A stretch of 63,288 nt of DNA, filler included, from Saprolegnia diclina VS20 (lineage: Eukaryota): the NCBI RefSeq assembly GCF_000281045.1. It is 4 parts of 3 records of this genome, joined end to end, with 100 filler letters (N's around TTAATTAATTAA, not from the genome) between each part and the next. Parts side by side here need not be neighbours in the genome. Positions count along the whole stretch, not along the records: positions 1 to 24,693 come from NW_008246165.1; positions 24,794 to 43,976 come from NW_008246165.1; 2 more parts are not named here. One strand, given 5' to 3'. This document shows, one piece after another, positions 11,543 through 25,111 of the stretch. How positions within the stretch are numbered: position 1 is the first letter of the stretch; every line of letters begins with the position of its first letter. The position numbers were made by a program, and so were the translations under genes. The notes beneath the pieces are model-generated. The model made no database searches. It was not told the DNA's origin and worked only from the letters and a program-made list of their open reading frames with translations.

Positions 11543-13004
11543 TTACCCAAGGAGCGAGTCGGTCGCGATCGAGCCGTCAATCTCGACAAAGTCGTTGTAA
11601 AAAGCCGAGAACAACTCGATCGCGAGCTCGAGGTCGACCGTGCCGCACTGCTCGCGGATGCTGTGCATGCTAAACTGCGCAAGCCCCATGTCGACCGTGC
11701 GGATGCCCGTCGACGTCGCCAGGATCGGGCCGATCGTCGAGCCACAGCCGCAGTCCTGGCGCGACACAAAGTCCTGGATGTCGAGGCCGTGGCGACGCCC
11801 AAGCTCCTTGATGAGGAGCGCAGTTTCGCCCGACGTGGCGTAGCGCTCGTTGGCGTTGTACTTGATGACCGGGCCCGAGTGCATCTGGATGCGCGAGTTG
11901 ACTTCGTGCTTCTCCGAGTAGTTGGGGTGCACGCCGTGGGCCATGTCGGCCGAGATGAGCATCGACTTGCGCGCCACTTCGCCCGTGAGCGAGCCGCCCG
12001 AGACGCGCGTGATGATGCTCTGGAGAAAGTTGGAGCCCGCGCCCATGAGCGAGTTGGAGCCCACTTCTTCATTGTCAAACGACGCCGCGACGCGGACGTT
12101 GGACTCGGTCTCGAGCGTCGGGAGCGACTTGAGCAGCGACTGCGTCGCAAGCCACGTGCAGCAGAGGTTGTCGAGACGCGGCGCAAACACATACTCTTCC
12201 AGGAGGCCGCCGATCGCACCGCCCTGCGTGTCAAAGAGCGAGAGCTCGAAATCAAAGATCTGGTCAACGGTCACGTCGAGCTCCTTGGCGAGCAAGTCGA
12301 GGAGGATCGGGTGGTGCTTGGCGCCCGCATCCGCGTCCGTCTTGGGGCGCGTGAGCTCGGCCATGACCGACGTCGCGAGGACCGGGCGGAGGTGGTTTTC
12401 GTTGTTGAACGAGAACGCCTTGCGGGTCTCGGCGTCCTGGAGGTGGATTGCGAGCATCGGGATGCGCATGATCGGGCGGTTGATGAGCACGAGGCGGCCG
12501 GCGATCTGCGACGTCTCGGCGTCCTTGACAAAGACGCGGCCGGCGACGCCAAGGTCGCGGTCAAACCACGTGTTCCAGAGGCCACCGCCGTACGTCTCGA
12601 CGCCGACCTGGAGGCTGCCCTGCGACTCGACCTTGGACACGGGCTTGATCTTCAAGCACGGGCTGTCGCTGTGCGCGCCGACGATGTGGAAGCCGTTGCC
12701 CTTGGCGTAGTTACCGCCGACCGCGAACGCAACGACGGCCGACTGGTTGCGCGTGACGTAGTACTTGCCGTTGGGCTGGATCGCGTCGTCCCAGTTTTCG
12801 TCTTCGCGGAGCTGCGAGAAGCCGTGGGCCTTGAGCGACTGGACAGTCTCGTAGACCGCGTGGAAGGCCGACGGCGCCTTGTCGATAAAGTTGATGAGCG
12901 CTAGCGACAAGAGAATCATGAAAAAGACGGTGGCTAGGCGGGTTCGAACCTTGGCCCGTCTGCTTGGCCGTGGCCGAGAGCTTGGCATTCGGGACGAGGG
13001 ACAT
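11543..13004 (-). CDS. DNPEP: aspartyl aminopeptidase (peptidase M18), 2 exons
   Basis: Exon 13004-12950 (MSLVPNAKLSATAKQTGQ), intron 12949-12901, then ALINFIDKAPSAFHAV; motifs GAHSDSP, TWFDRDL, RLDN, FDNEEVGS, SADMAHGVHPNY, CGSTIGP, MHSIRE. Confidence 0.95.
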
Positions 13005-13550
13005 GGTGCGAGCGAAGGGCGTCAAATTGGGTTTTGACGCCAACGGCAACCTCGGAAGCAAAAACCTTTTTTCTTTTTCGATCTTTGTTTCTTTTATTTC
13101 CAAGCTCCTACAAACACCAAGTGAAAATCCTGCCATCGAGATTAAAAGACAATAAAAGAAACCCAAGGATGCGCTTCGCGTTGACCTTTCTAGCGACGCC
13201 ATTTGATTGGCTCGTGCCCTAGACAGGCGTCTCGTATCTGAGAACAGCTCCCCACCAGAAGGCGCCGCAGGGTTTCCTTGGACGCCGTCGTTGCATGCTC
13301 CACGTCCGCCTCACGGGTCCATCCAAAATGGCGGTGCTGACCTCGCTTTTGGGCAAATAAGAACACGGGTTTCAGGCGCAACACCAGAGTCCGCGACCTT
13401 GTGCGCCCTGGCTCGTTGGGATCCTTGCACCTCGTTGGAACTCGAAACAAAACAACGCATGCCTTTGGCGGCGAGGAGGCGGCGATGCGACGACGAGAGC
13501 AAAGAAGCTGCAACGCACCAGGCAGTTTGGGTTCCTATCAGAATGAAAAC

Positions 13551-13618
13551 GAGCCCAATAAGCCCAATACTGAGCCCAATACTGAGCCCAGGTACGGAGC
13601 CCAAGACTGAGCCAATAC
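13551..13618. repeat. degenerate tandem ~12-bp repeat (GAGCCCAATACT) x ~6
   Basis: gagcccaata agcccaatact gagcccaatact gagcccaggtacg gagcccaagact gagccaatac. Confidence 0.75.
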
Positions 13619-16097
13619 GGGCATGAGGACGCGATTCCGAGGATGCGCTGCGTCAGCCTGGATCGTCGAAGTGGACAGTGTACCCATATCGCTTTCGAAT
13701 CCTAGTAGCCAATGAACCACACCAATGGTTCCACATTTGCAGTCGACGCGATGCTAGTAGGAACTCTCCACGGGCGAGAGGAGCCAGCACAACGCGATCT
13801 CGCACTCCAAGTATACATCAAGTGTTCATAAACTTGTATGGTCCCTTGCATAGATCCAGTATTAACGGCAGCCCGTTCGTTGACGATGGTGGAGGGCGGA
13901 GCAAGAATGTGTGGTCGTGCTGTTAGCATAAGACTCGTCGTCTTTGTAGTAGAGTGGCAAAGCATTCACTCAACAAAAGAAGGTGGGCTTCTTTGGCCGC
14001 CATGACGCTCGACGACAGCGAAATATGGAGCTCAAGACGACGGCGGTTGTATGGTGACGGACACGTCGCCGCTGCTGTCGTCGGGATGGTTGAACACTGC
14101 AGAACCTAGTTGCTCATATGATAAATCCACACGGCCGCTCGTGGCCTTGCGGCACCATCAGATCGAGATCGCACCGACCTCTTCTTGGCGCTCGTGCATC
14201 TTGTCTGCTCTGTCTATCTTGTGTGTCGTCTCTGATTGGCTGAATATTTAGAATATACGAATATGTACCAATCGAAATCCGACAAGCGTGTGGCAGCGCA
14301 GTCCATTGGTCGACCAACACCGTGGCTTGTGCCCAAGTCAAAACGTGGCGGCGTGCTGGGCCAGGACGTGTATCGGACGCGCCGACGCCTTGTCCAAAAT
14401 GAGGCGCACTGGCTATTCGTCTGGCGACTTGACTTGGGTCTCAGTTGGAGTCTCCAATTGCAGCATGATACAGACGGCATCAACATTGAGTGCACGCGTT
14501 GAGCCACAGAGGATTCTTCCCCTACGATCGCCACACTGGGCGACACCGGAACCTGCCAGCGAGAGCCAAGTTGCGCCTCCAGGCGTAATATCCGATCCTT
14601 CGATGCGAGTCGACTGTGCTCGTCGCGAATACGCTATCGCAGGATGCCCGTGATGCCGAGAGTGATTCCGACGTCACTGCGGGCACCGCGTCGGAGCAAA
14701 CAGGTTTCTTTCGCGACGTGCGTCAAGCGTGCGTATTCAGCTGCTCTCGCGTCCAAAGAACTGGCCAAGACGGCGCGTCATGGGCGTGTCAGTCCTGCAC
14801 TTTATCGACCGTGCATTCGATTGCGTTCGTAGAGTCTGCGCGGCATCATGCCCAACGCCATTAGGCTGCATACATGGGTGCACGCAGCTAGGAGCGCCTT
14901 GTCTGCATGAGCCCTGTCCCATGCCGCGTCCGATCTTTGTGGCGATGAAGCACTTGCTATGGCACCGAGACGCGTCGGCCCGAAGCCTGCAGCAGTAGTC
15001 ATCATCCGTAGTACAATGCGCTCCTTCAAAGAACGTCGAGATCCATCAGCAACACGACACCCACAAAAACCCACTGTCGAATCTGGCACTGCAACAATGC
15101 AAGGCCTGTCCCGCGAATTTCAAGCAATACAAAGCGCTTGGAATACCTTCCTGTCCGCGTCGGCGCCAACAGCAAGGTGGCGCTTAGACACGCGTCGTGG
15201 TGCAGTGCACGTCGTGCTCCCGACACCGCACCGTCCCTCGTGGTTGGTGGTGTGCAGGATCTCGAGACTGCATAGATGCTCGCTTTGTATCTACAGCGCT
15301 CGGTCCCAAACCGACGGTAATCACACAAAAGCCAGATTCGTGCTTGTCACGCGATCTGGCTTGGAAGAGTGGGCATCGGCCAAAGCGTTGAAGCTGGTCC
15401 GTCGGTCAAGTGCAAACTCAAAGAGCAATCTCGGCCTTCGAAACCCCGGGCACTCGTACAGTGCACTTGCGTCTGGTAGAATTTACGGCACGTAGCTGAT
15501 ATCGGCATGGACCTGGAGACGCACAAGGGCATGTAAGCGCGGCCACGTGGCCGCGCGCAGTGGGACAGGCGCGCCGTGCCGCCCATGTACCAACGCTCTT
15601 TCGTCTCAGACGCGCTAAGTTTGTGGACTGCATATTTTGTCCGAGACATCACGACTGTGATATGGCGGGCAGCTGGCATGACGAGGTCAGATAATTGCCG
15701 ACGTCTTCTCGCTCGACGCTGCGTACGACCGTATTCTCCACGGTGAACCAGAAACATACACGTCGTCCATCAGCTCGTCGTTGCCGCACTATCGACGTGA
15801 TGAGGCGTCCCGACCCGCACGCGCCTGCTCCCAGTGCTGTGCTTTCCGGCAATCCACTGATGGCGCGTGAAATGCATATTGGCGCCAGATTTTACACACC
15901 GAGTTGGATGAAGTTGAAGCGGTTGTCGGCATAATATAATAATTGCTAAGACAAATTGTATGTGGAGAAAACGGGCGCTATAATAATGGCGGGTGGCACC
16001 CGTTGCACCGGTGCCATTCGCCGTGACCAGCTGGCGTACCCGACCGTGGGCGTTGGATCACGCGAAGAGCAACTCTCTTTTTTGCGTCGATCGACTC

Positions 16098-18175
16098 ATG
16101 CCGACGACCGAGTCGCCGGCCCCGCTCGCCGAGAAGCGCGGCACGTTCGAGTTCAAGTACAAGTCCGGGCCGTTCTCGTCCTGGGCGCTCGTCTATGCCA
16201 AGCTCGAGGTTGTACCTTCCCCTTTCTTGCGTCGCAGATCTTATTGCGCATCTTATAGGGCCGATGGCTGGCCTTGTACAAGAAGGAAGACACCAACGTG
16301 CGGTCCGCCGCCATTGAGATTGGCGCCGGCGTCGCCTTCAAAAACCTCGCCGACCTCGAGAACTTTCCGCGGCGCTTTGACCTCGTGTGCTCGGGCGGCA
16401 TTCTGCCGACGCTCGAGTGGTCGTTCCGCTTCTCGTCCAAGCGCGAGCGCGATGGCTGGGTCAACGCGCTCTCGCACAACATTACGACGCTCTCGAGCTT
16501 CGAGTCGGAGGTGTTCGCGCGTTTTCACGAATTCGAAGAGGCGCGGGACGCTCTGGAGGCGCACGTGCCGCAGCTCAAGCGGCCGCTGTCGGCCAAGGTG
16601 AGCAAGGCCAAGCCGATGTTGCACGCGCTCTCGTTCAGCGGCGAAGATGCGATGAAGACGCTCGTCGAGCTCGAGTACGCGTCGACGTTGATCGAAGGCC
16701 ACCGGATTCTCGAGCGTCTCCTCGCGATGAATTTGATCCACCACATTTTGTGGAGTCATGACTTTAGCCAGCACGAGCTCTACTGCTTTACGCACAACCA
16801 AAAGACGCACGTCGTCATCGACGCGTACAACTCGCTCTTGGAAACCAACAAATTTTGGATCAATTTTGCCGGCGGCCACGACCGGTCGGCGTCGTCGGCC
16901 ACGTTTGCGTCGGGCAACACGCGCGCGCAGAGCATCCGGTCGACGCACTCGGGCGACGAAGCGCGCGCGACGATGCACTCGATGGTCTCCGGGCACTCGG
17001 ACGAACAGTCGTCGGTCGGCTCGTCGGTCGCGTCTTCGTTCACAACGCGCGAAATCACGCTCCTGCCGCAGACCGAGTGGACCAACCCGGATCCGATCAA
17101 GAAATGCGAGCGCTGCGAGAGAGGCTTCTCGGCGCTCCGGCGCAAGCACCACTGCCGTGTCTGCGGTGGCGTCGTCTGCGGCACGTGCGGCGCGTACACC
17201 AACCTCCTCATCGGCGGCGGCATGGTCAACGTCCGCGTCTGCGGCGCCTGCCGCGACTCGCCGCGGCGCACCGACTCCAAGACTGCATCGTTCACGTCGG
17301 TGGCCTCGTCGTGGATCCCGACGGCGTCGTCGTCGTCGTCGCTCTCGTCGTGCATGGACTGCGACGACCTCTGCGCACCGACGACGATCACGACGTACCC
17401 GCTCGACTTTCACTGGAGCCATCCGTGGCCCAAAGCCCCACTCTGCGCGCACGAAGACCTGCGCCTGACTGCGCTGGCGGCCACGGGTGTCATTACCGCG
17501 CCCACCGAAGCGCTCTTTGACCACCTTTGCTCGATGGCGGCCACAGCCTCCAAGTGCGCGGTGGCCGTCCTAGGGTTTGTCGACGCCGATGCGCTGCACA
17601 TTGTCAACGAACACGGCTTGCCGTCGACGCTACCTCGGGTGGTGCCCCGCGATGTCGCGTTCGCAGCTCATGCCATCATGTCGCCGAACCCGCTCATCTG
17701 CCGTGATGTGGCCACGGACCTCCGCTTCTGCCGCAACCACACGATGCGGGACGAGTGGGGCATCGGCTTTTACGCGTCGTGCCCACTTGTCCTTGGCTCG
17801 GGCGACATTATCGGCGTCCTGGAAGTCTACGACGGCGAAGCGCGCGGCCGGTGCGCCTGCGTCGGCGACCGCCTTGACCGCATCGCCAAGCTCATTGTCA
17901 AGCGGCTCGAAGAGATGGCGTTGACGCCAACCCCCGAAGCAGTGGCGCCGGCCGCGCCCGCGCCATCGACGATGGAGACGAAGCTCATGGAACTGCTGCA
18001 GCAGACTACCGGCACGCAGCAGCAGCTGCAACAACAGCAGGGCCAAATGGTCAACACACTCGGGAGCCACTCCAAGCAGATCGACAAGCTCACCGAGCAG
18101 CTGCGACGGATCGAGGCGTCGCTCGATGCCAAGGCGGCGCGGGAGGCCGCCACCGACGACACCAAGTCGTCCTAA
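16098..18175 (+). CDS. PH + DEP-like + FYVE zinc finger + GAF domain protein with C-terminal coiled coil, 2 exons
   Basis: Exon 16098-16208, intron 16209-16258. PH (KRGTFEFK..W..VYAKL..FRFSSKRERDGWVNAL); DEP-like (FSGEDAMKTL..LLAMNLIHHI); FYVE (WTNP..CERC..F..RRKHHCRVCGGVVCGTC..RVCGAC); GAF (EDLRLTAL..FDHLC..DLRF..IGFYASCPL). Confidence 0.88.
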
Positions 18176-18419
18176 ACTGTAGCCGATAAACAACACCGAC
18201 TGTACGTTATTAGTAATTATTACCCCGTCGTCGTCTCTCTTATTGGTACGATGCAACGCTGCAATGTCAACGGTGTTCGAATTTCGTGATCGGTTTCGAA
18301 AAATGACGTGGCAGCCGTGTTTGCGTTCTTGACAGAAAGACGGATAAATAACGATTTTAACGTTAAGAAAAACGGCAAGATTGCCGGTAGGATACAGAGC
18401 AGGTCGTGTGGAGTCTACG

Positions 18420-21400
18420 ATGCTCGAAGGGTATCTCCACGCGCTCCTCAAGAGCATCCTCGGGACGTACGTCGACCTCAACGAGGAGTCAGAGGCGCTT
18501 CGCGTCAGCGTCTGGGAAGGCCAGGTCGAGCTGCGCGAGCTGCGCCTCAAGGTCGACGCGTTCGAGCCGCTGCTCCAAGGCCTTCCGTTCTCGGTCGCGT
18601 TTGGCTGCATTGGCTACTTTAAGCTCCAAGTTCCGCTCATCAACCTCGGTGGCCAGCCGATCCAGGTGCATGTGCAGGACGTGTACCTGCTTCTGCGGCC
18701 GCGCGTGGCGAGCGCGCCGCATTCGACCGCGTCGGCGATGGCGTCAGCGACGACGCAAGCCGCCGCCAAGGCGTACATGCTGCAAGCCAAGCGCACGACG
18801 CTCCAGGCGCTTGAGCTCGAGCAGGAAAATGAAGCGAAGGACACCTCGGCCTCGTCGTCGCCGGCGCAGTCGACGTTCATGTCCCGTCTCGTCACCAAGC
18901 TCCTCGACAACATCCAAGTTCAGATCGAACGCATTCACATTCGTCTCGAGGACGCTGTCTCGGACCCGCGCGCGAGCTACGTCCTCGGACTCACGCTGAA
19001 CGAGCTCGCCGTCAAGTCGGTCGACGCGTCCGGCGCCTACACGCTGCAGGTCCGCGATGTCGACACAGCCACATGCCTGCGCAAGGTGCTCCACGTCAAG
19101 AAGCTCGCCGTCTATGTGGCCAACGACTACGAAGCGGTACACTCTGCATCGTCAGCTACTCCTACCTCACCACTAACCCTAGATAACGCACGACGACCAA
19201 GTGAGTCGGTTCGTCGCACAGATGCAGAACCGGTTTTGGGATGACCATGGCGGAGGCGGCTACTTGATCGAGCCCATGACGATGCGCATGTCGCTGCTCA
19301 TGAACGACCGCGGTGTCAACGTGCCGCTGCCGCCCAAGGCCTTTTCGCAGCGCGTGCGCCAGCGTCTTGGCATCGCCTGGCTTGTCATGACGCGCGATGC
19401 GATCGGCGACGACGCATGGAGCGCGTTTGTATCGAGCATGCCGCCACGCACGTACACGCTGACGTTTGTCTTTTGCGAGGCGTGGGCACTGGCCCAAGAC
19501 GCGCTCGACCTCGACGACATCCCGACGCTCGAGATGCTCACGGCGTCGCTCCGTAGCTGCCTGCAATGGCCGCACGTCGATGCGTTGCGCGAGAGCCTGC
19601 GCGCGTTTCACGCGGCAGCTGTCCGCGTCGTGCAGGAAAATAACACGTTTTTGACGGTCGAGGTCGCAATTGATCGGGTCGCGTGGCGCCTGCACCAGAC
19701 GCAGTACCACAGCCTCCTCGCTCTCCTCTCGGCGGTCGCTCTGCAGCGGCGACAGCAGCCATACAAGGACTTGCGCCCTAGCGTGTCTGTCTCGGCGCAC
19801 CCCGCGGCCTGGTGGCGGTTTGCGATCGAAGCCGTGCGCCGCGACAACAAGGCACGGCTCGCCACCGTCGACTGGAGTCATGTCCACGCCAAGAACGGCC
19901 AGAAAGCGCGCTACAAGGAGCTGTACCTGCTGCTCAATGTACACAATGTCCCATAGGGCGTGTCTCTACTCCTCTTGCTTGTAGGACGGGTCGACCGGGT
20001 CCAGCACCGCAGGCAACATTCATTGGGGCGAAGTCATGCGCGAGTTTGACGACCTCGAGTACGCCATGGAGAATGCAGACATCTTGGGGTGTCGCGCCGA
20101 CGCCAAGAAGACGATTGCGGCGGCGACGAAGGCGCCGACACCGCCACCCTCGGCCAATGGAACGGGTGACGCGCCTGTCTCGATGTGGAGTTATGGCTAT
20201 TGGTTTGGGACGACGACGGCGCCCAACCCGACACCGACGTCGCCGACCGCCAGCGTCCAGAGCGAGACGCAGTACCTCTACCATGCCATCAACTTTGACC
20301 CGACCACCGATGCGTCCATGACGGCGGCGGCCATGGCGTCCACCGTTCAGTATCGCGTCAACGTCGAGTTGTCCGAGTGCAGCTTCCAACTCGGCGCGCT
20401 CCTCGACCTTCACGTGTCGGGCATGGCCCTCCAGCTGCTCCAGCGCGCCAAGTCGACCGACGTGTCGCTCGAGCTGCTTACGTTTGTCTTGACCGAGGTC
20501 TCGGACGATGCTTCGGGTCGGTGCTGCATTGCGCGGGTGCCCATGGAGACCGTGGTGACGCTGCCGGAAGCCGACGCCATGAGCAGCGTCAAGCTCCGTC
20601 ACTGCGAAGCGCCTCTGCCGCTGCTGAGCGCCAAGGTCGAGCTACCCCCGCTCGACGACGCCGACGTCCGTCTCACGCTCGTGACACAGCCCGTCGATGC
20701 GCGTCTCAACGTGCCCTTTGTGTTGGCGACGGCGGCGTTCTTTCAGCCGCCCGCCACCGTGGATCTGCATGAGCTCGATGATGCGGCGTGGGCCAATGCC
20801 AAGTCGTTTACGCAGTATAGCGGCGCGCAGCTGCGGCAAGCGATAGCCGCGCGCACCAAGCTCTCGCTGCAGGTGGACGTGACGTCGCCGATCATTACGA
20901 TCGTCGAGACACGCAGTGATGTTGTGCTCGAGAGTCCGGTGCGGCTGACGCTGTACTTTGGCCACCTCCAGGCCCGTAGCCACGTGCAAGCGTCGCTGCC
21001 GAGCGCCGACCACGAACGGTCCTTGGAGGAGTTTGTCGCCCGCCTCCCGGACGAGCAGCTCCACGATGTGATTGAGGTGAGCGTCCGAGGCGCCGACGTC
21101 CGACTGGAATCGGACAAGCCGCTCCTCGAGCAGGCCAGCATCTTTTGCACGCTCAAGACCAGCGTCGTGCCCGACGACCTCACGATCCCGCTCATCAAGC
21201 TCCACGGCCACGTCGACCAAGTGCGCATGCACTTGTCGTCCATCAGCTACGCGCGCTTGCAGCAACTGGCAGCCTCGGTGCAGCGCAATCTCGCCCACGT
21301 CGCGTTGCCGGCCCCCGATATGGCGCCGGTGGCCGCCGCCGCGGTCTCTGCGGTCGCGTCAACCCGACCGAGCGCGCTGCCGCAAGCCGTGTCGATCACC

Positions 21401-24400
21401 GACTTTACAAAGCTCATGCAGCGCATCGTGGTCGACGGCGTCTTTACAGTCGATGTGGTCGACGTCCGGCTGTACGCCGACGCGCCGCTCGTGCGGTTGC
21501 ACCTCGGCAGCATGACGTCGCATGTCGTCCTCCGGTCGTTTGATCGCCGGCTCGAGTTTGGTCTCGGGTCCCTCCGCGTCGAGGACTATGCGCGGCCGTT
21601 GGCGCCGACCATGGTGTCGTCGTCGGCCGATGCGCAGTCGTTGATCCGTGTCGCCTTGACAATGGCGTCGCTCGACCGCCCACTGCCACCCGAAGCGGTC
21701 TCGTCCGATGTCTGGGCCGCGGTTGCGTATCCGCAGGCGTGGGGCGCTGCTCCGATTGCACTGCTGCAGCCAGCTCTCCAGTACCCCGTCTCGGTCGACG
21801 TGGCGCTCGACGGCGTCCAGGTGCACGTGCACCGGGACACTCTCTCGCGTCTGTTCCTCTTTTTCGCCGGCGACAAGCGTGACGATGCGTGTCCTGTCAG
21901 TCCTGTCGCCGACGTCGTGGGGCCCGAGAGGATGGCGTCGTTGCCACCGACGCCAGTGGTTCTCGAGCGCCAAGTGTCGGCGTGGGCCAATTCGCTGCCA
22001 CCGTCGCAAAGTAGCTATGTGGTGCGATCGGGGAACGACGGCGACGACGACGACGACGATTCGGCGTCGTACCGAACTGCATGTGCACAGACGACCGTGG
22101 CGTCGCCGACGTACCTCGAGACGCTCCGCGAACTCGTCGAGCCGGCCGTCCGCGACAACACGCCGTGGTTGCAAGTGCAGCTCCAGTTCAAGTCGTTCCA
22201 GCTTGTCTTGCCAACAGAAGACGAAGACGGGACGATCGTCGCCGACGTGGCCGTCGAAGGGCTCTACGTCTTCTTGACCAAGTCACCGACGACACTCGCT
22301 CTCGCGGCTTCGCTGCAAACCGCCCGTATCGTCGACGGCGGGGGCCGCGAGATGGTCGGGGCCGACGTCGCACAGTCGGGTGCATCGCCTATAGCACCAA
22401 TGCACCACGCGATCCATCGCCAGCGTGCCATGGTGACGCTCGCGTATGACGCGTTCGGCACGGAAGCGTTTGAAGAGGACTGGCACCCCGGGTACGCCTC
22501 GGGCATCTCGCTTTGCCTCCGGTCACCGCGCGCCTGCTTCTTGACCCGGTTCCTCGTCGACCTCCAGGCCTATGCGACGACGGGACCTCTCGTCGAGACA
22601 TTGGCGCAGCTGTCGCCGACGTCACAAGACGCCGGACCGGCCGTCCTCATGGGTGCCGCAAATGAGGAGTTGGACGTATCGGCGGTCTCGACCTTCCCCT
22701 CGATTCAGATTGAGCTGCATGACTGCGTGCTCGACATGCCCCGCGACTCGTCGTCGCATGACGCGATCACGCTTCGACTGGACGCACTGCGCGTGTCGAA
22801 CGGACCGTCTATGACGGACAATGACGGCCACTCGACGATGGACAAGGTGCTGCGCAACGCCCGCTTGACGACGCTTGCGATCGATGCCGCCGGTGTCCGC
22901 GTCGTGACGACGCTCCGCAACCGGTCGACGAGTTTGCTCGGCGGCACCCGCTTTGACCTCGTCGTCGACATGGCCCACGGCACGTCGGTGACGATCTGCG
23001 CGTCACCAATTCGGTTTGTATGTTCGCAAGAGCAATACGCGTTTCTCTTGTCGGCGCCAACGTCCAACTTGAACGAGGTGCCCGAGCGACAGCGCGCACC
23101 AACGTCATCATCGCCTCAGCACGCCACAGCCGCACCCCCGGCAGCGTCCCTCACGCTCGTCGTCTCAATACCCGAGCTCTCGATGGAGCTGTGCAACGGC
23201 GACAGTGGCTACCAGCCGACGTCGACGGGCGATCTGTCGATGGCCACTCTAGCGTCCGACGACGTGGCGTCCATGGCCCGTCTGCACCTGCGGGCGATCG
23301 AAGCATCCGTGGTCGCTGGCGACAGCGCTCTGAAGGCGAGTTTGCGTGTGTGCGAGGTCGTCGTCAGCGACTCGCGCCGGCACGATGCCGTCGCGACGCC
23401 GTATCGGTCGCTCATTGCGCTGCGGCACTCGGAGGACGAGGGAGACGCGTTTGCCATCACAGTCGCCCGCGGCAACGACCCAATACCACCTCTCTTGGGT
23501 CCGGTGGCGACACCCGACGACGATGCGGCGTGGCGCGTCGACGTGGATCTTCACGGTCTTTCCTTCTACCCGTCGCCTCTCTTGCAAGAGCTGAGTCAAT
23601 TTTTTGTGCCATTTGCGCCTAGTCCGAGTCCGCGTGCGGCCGACGGGACCGAGACGCCAGTGCTCACCGACGACGCGCCAGGCAAGTCGCAGGCGATCTG
23701 GCCGTACCCGCCGATGCGACTGCGCCTCACGTGCTCGGCCGCGTCGGTCGTTTTGGTCGAGAACCTCGCACGCGACGACTCGCGGCTGCTTCGTCTGCAG
23801 TGGCATGCGTCCGTGACCGTCTCTGGCGACGCGACGTCCGGTGTCCGCGTTGACGTGGTGTTGTCCCAAGTCCAAGCGAGCTCCAAGCTGCTCGAACTCG
23901 AAGGCGACGGCATCCTCAAGCCCATTTCGATCCGCGCCGGCGTGACGTATGCGGCCCAGACGCTCGTGGGCCACCTTGGCGTCGACCAAGTCATCGTTTT
24001 GCGATGTGGGTACATGGACTATACGACGCTGTTGGCAGCATTAGCTGCCCTTGCGCCGCCGGCCCAACCGCCGGCGTCGGCGTCCAAAACGGTGCCCGAC
24101 GCAACACCGATGCCGCTGCCGTTGCACGTGCCGTCGCCACCGGCGCCGCGACGGCCGGTGTGCTATGGCGACGCCCGCATAAAGTTTGTCTTGTTCACGC
24201 CGCGCGGGTACTTTCAATCGAAAGACGCGCTTGGCTACTACTCGGGCCACTGGCGCAAGTACATGATGATGCCACCACTGCCCGACGGGTACGAGACGTC
24301 GTTCGAAGAGATGACGTTTACGCTTCTGCCGGCGCCGAGCAACGACGCCAGAATCGGCGACACGATACGATTTGGCGACGCCGTCGTTCTCCAAGATGCC

Positions 24401-24693
24401 AACGGCATCTTTGTCGCCAAGTACGATGCCCTTGGCGCGTCCGGGTATCTCGGCCCTGAGGGCGGCGGCGGGCGGTTCGAGTGCCGCCTCTGGCAAGCGG
24501 GCACGACCATCTTCAACGCCGACCGCACCGCCGTGCACTACAGCGACAGCGTCGAGCTTGAAGGCATCACGTTGTACGACCCGAACCCGGCGCCGGTGGG
24601 CCCGAAAGAGGCGGCGGCGCAGCGCACGCGGGCGACGCACGGCGGCTACCTCATGTTTAACGGTCTGGGTGACGCGCCGGTGGTCTTCGCACT
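18420..24693 (+). CDS. VPS13: vacuolar protein sorting 13 (chorein) family protein, 3'-truncated by scaffold end
   Basis: Chorein_N: MLEGYLHALLKSILGTYVD..LRVSVWEGQVELRELRLK, KLLDNIQVQIERIHIRLED, WWRFAIEAV. Introns 19137-19182 and 19939-19984 join the three ORFs in frame. Confidence 0.92.
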
Positions 24694-24793
24694 NNNNNNN
24701 NNNNNNNNNNNNNNNNNNNNNNNNNNNNNNNNNNNNNTTAATTAATTAANNNNNNNNNNNNNNNNNNNNNNNNNNNNNNNNNNNNNNNNNNNN
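24694..24793. other. artificial scaffold-joining linker (N44-TTAATTAATTAA-N44)
   Basis: TTAATTAATTAA at 24738-24749 gives stops in all six frames; exactly 100 bp. Confidence 0.95.
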
Positions 24794-25111
24794 CTGGCCG
24801 CTAGAGCGTGCAAATATACCCTCCCGAGCGTCAAAAGAACCAGCCTGCAACGACGCTCTGGAGACAAGGTGTCCGTTCTGTCATCCGAGAGCAGACCGAG
24901 TTGGCAACATTGCTCTTTGATGCTTTTTTATCTTAGCGATACATTATTCTACTGTAGGACGCGCTGCACTAGTGAAGGTCGTCGTTGCCAGCCACTCAAG
25001 TGTCGTTGGGTCGGCGACCTTCACTCGGAGCGATCCAGACCAGCACTCAATCACCCTCACGGACGAGATACGCACCAACGCACTTTGCGATTGGCTTTGC
25101 AACACTCAACC

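Noticed and set aside
13650..15950. Many short overlapping ORFs, possibly transposon or gene relics
   Set aside because: No motif I can support; left unannotated. The same applies to 7700-8900, 26800-28000, 44077-45400 and 47300-48500.
24738..24749. TTAATTAATTAA as a piggyBac TTAA site or regulatory palindrome
   Set aside because: Centred in exact 44-N flanks three times; a synthetic linker.
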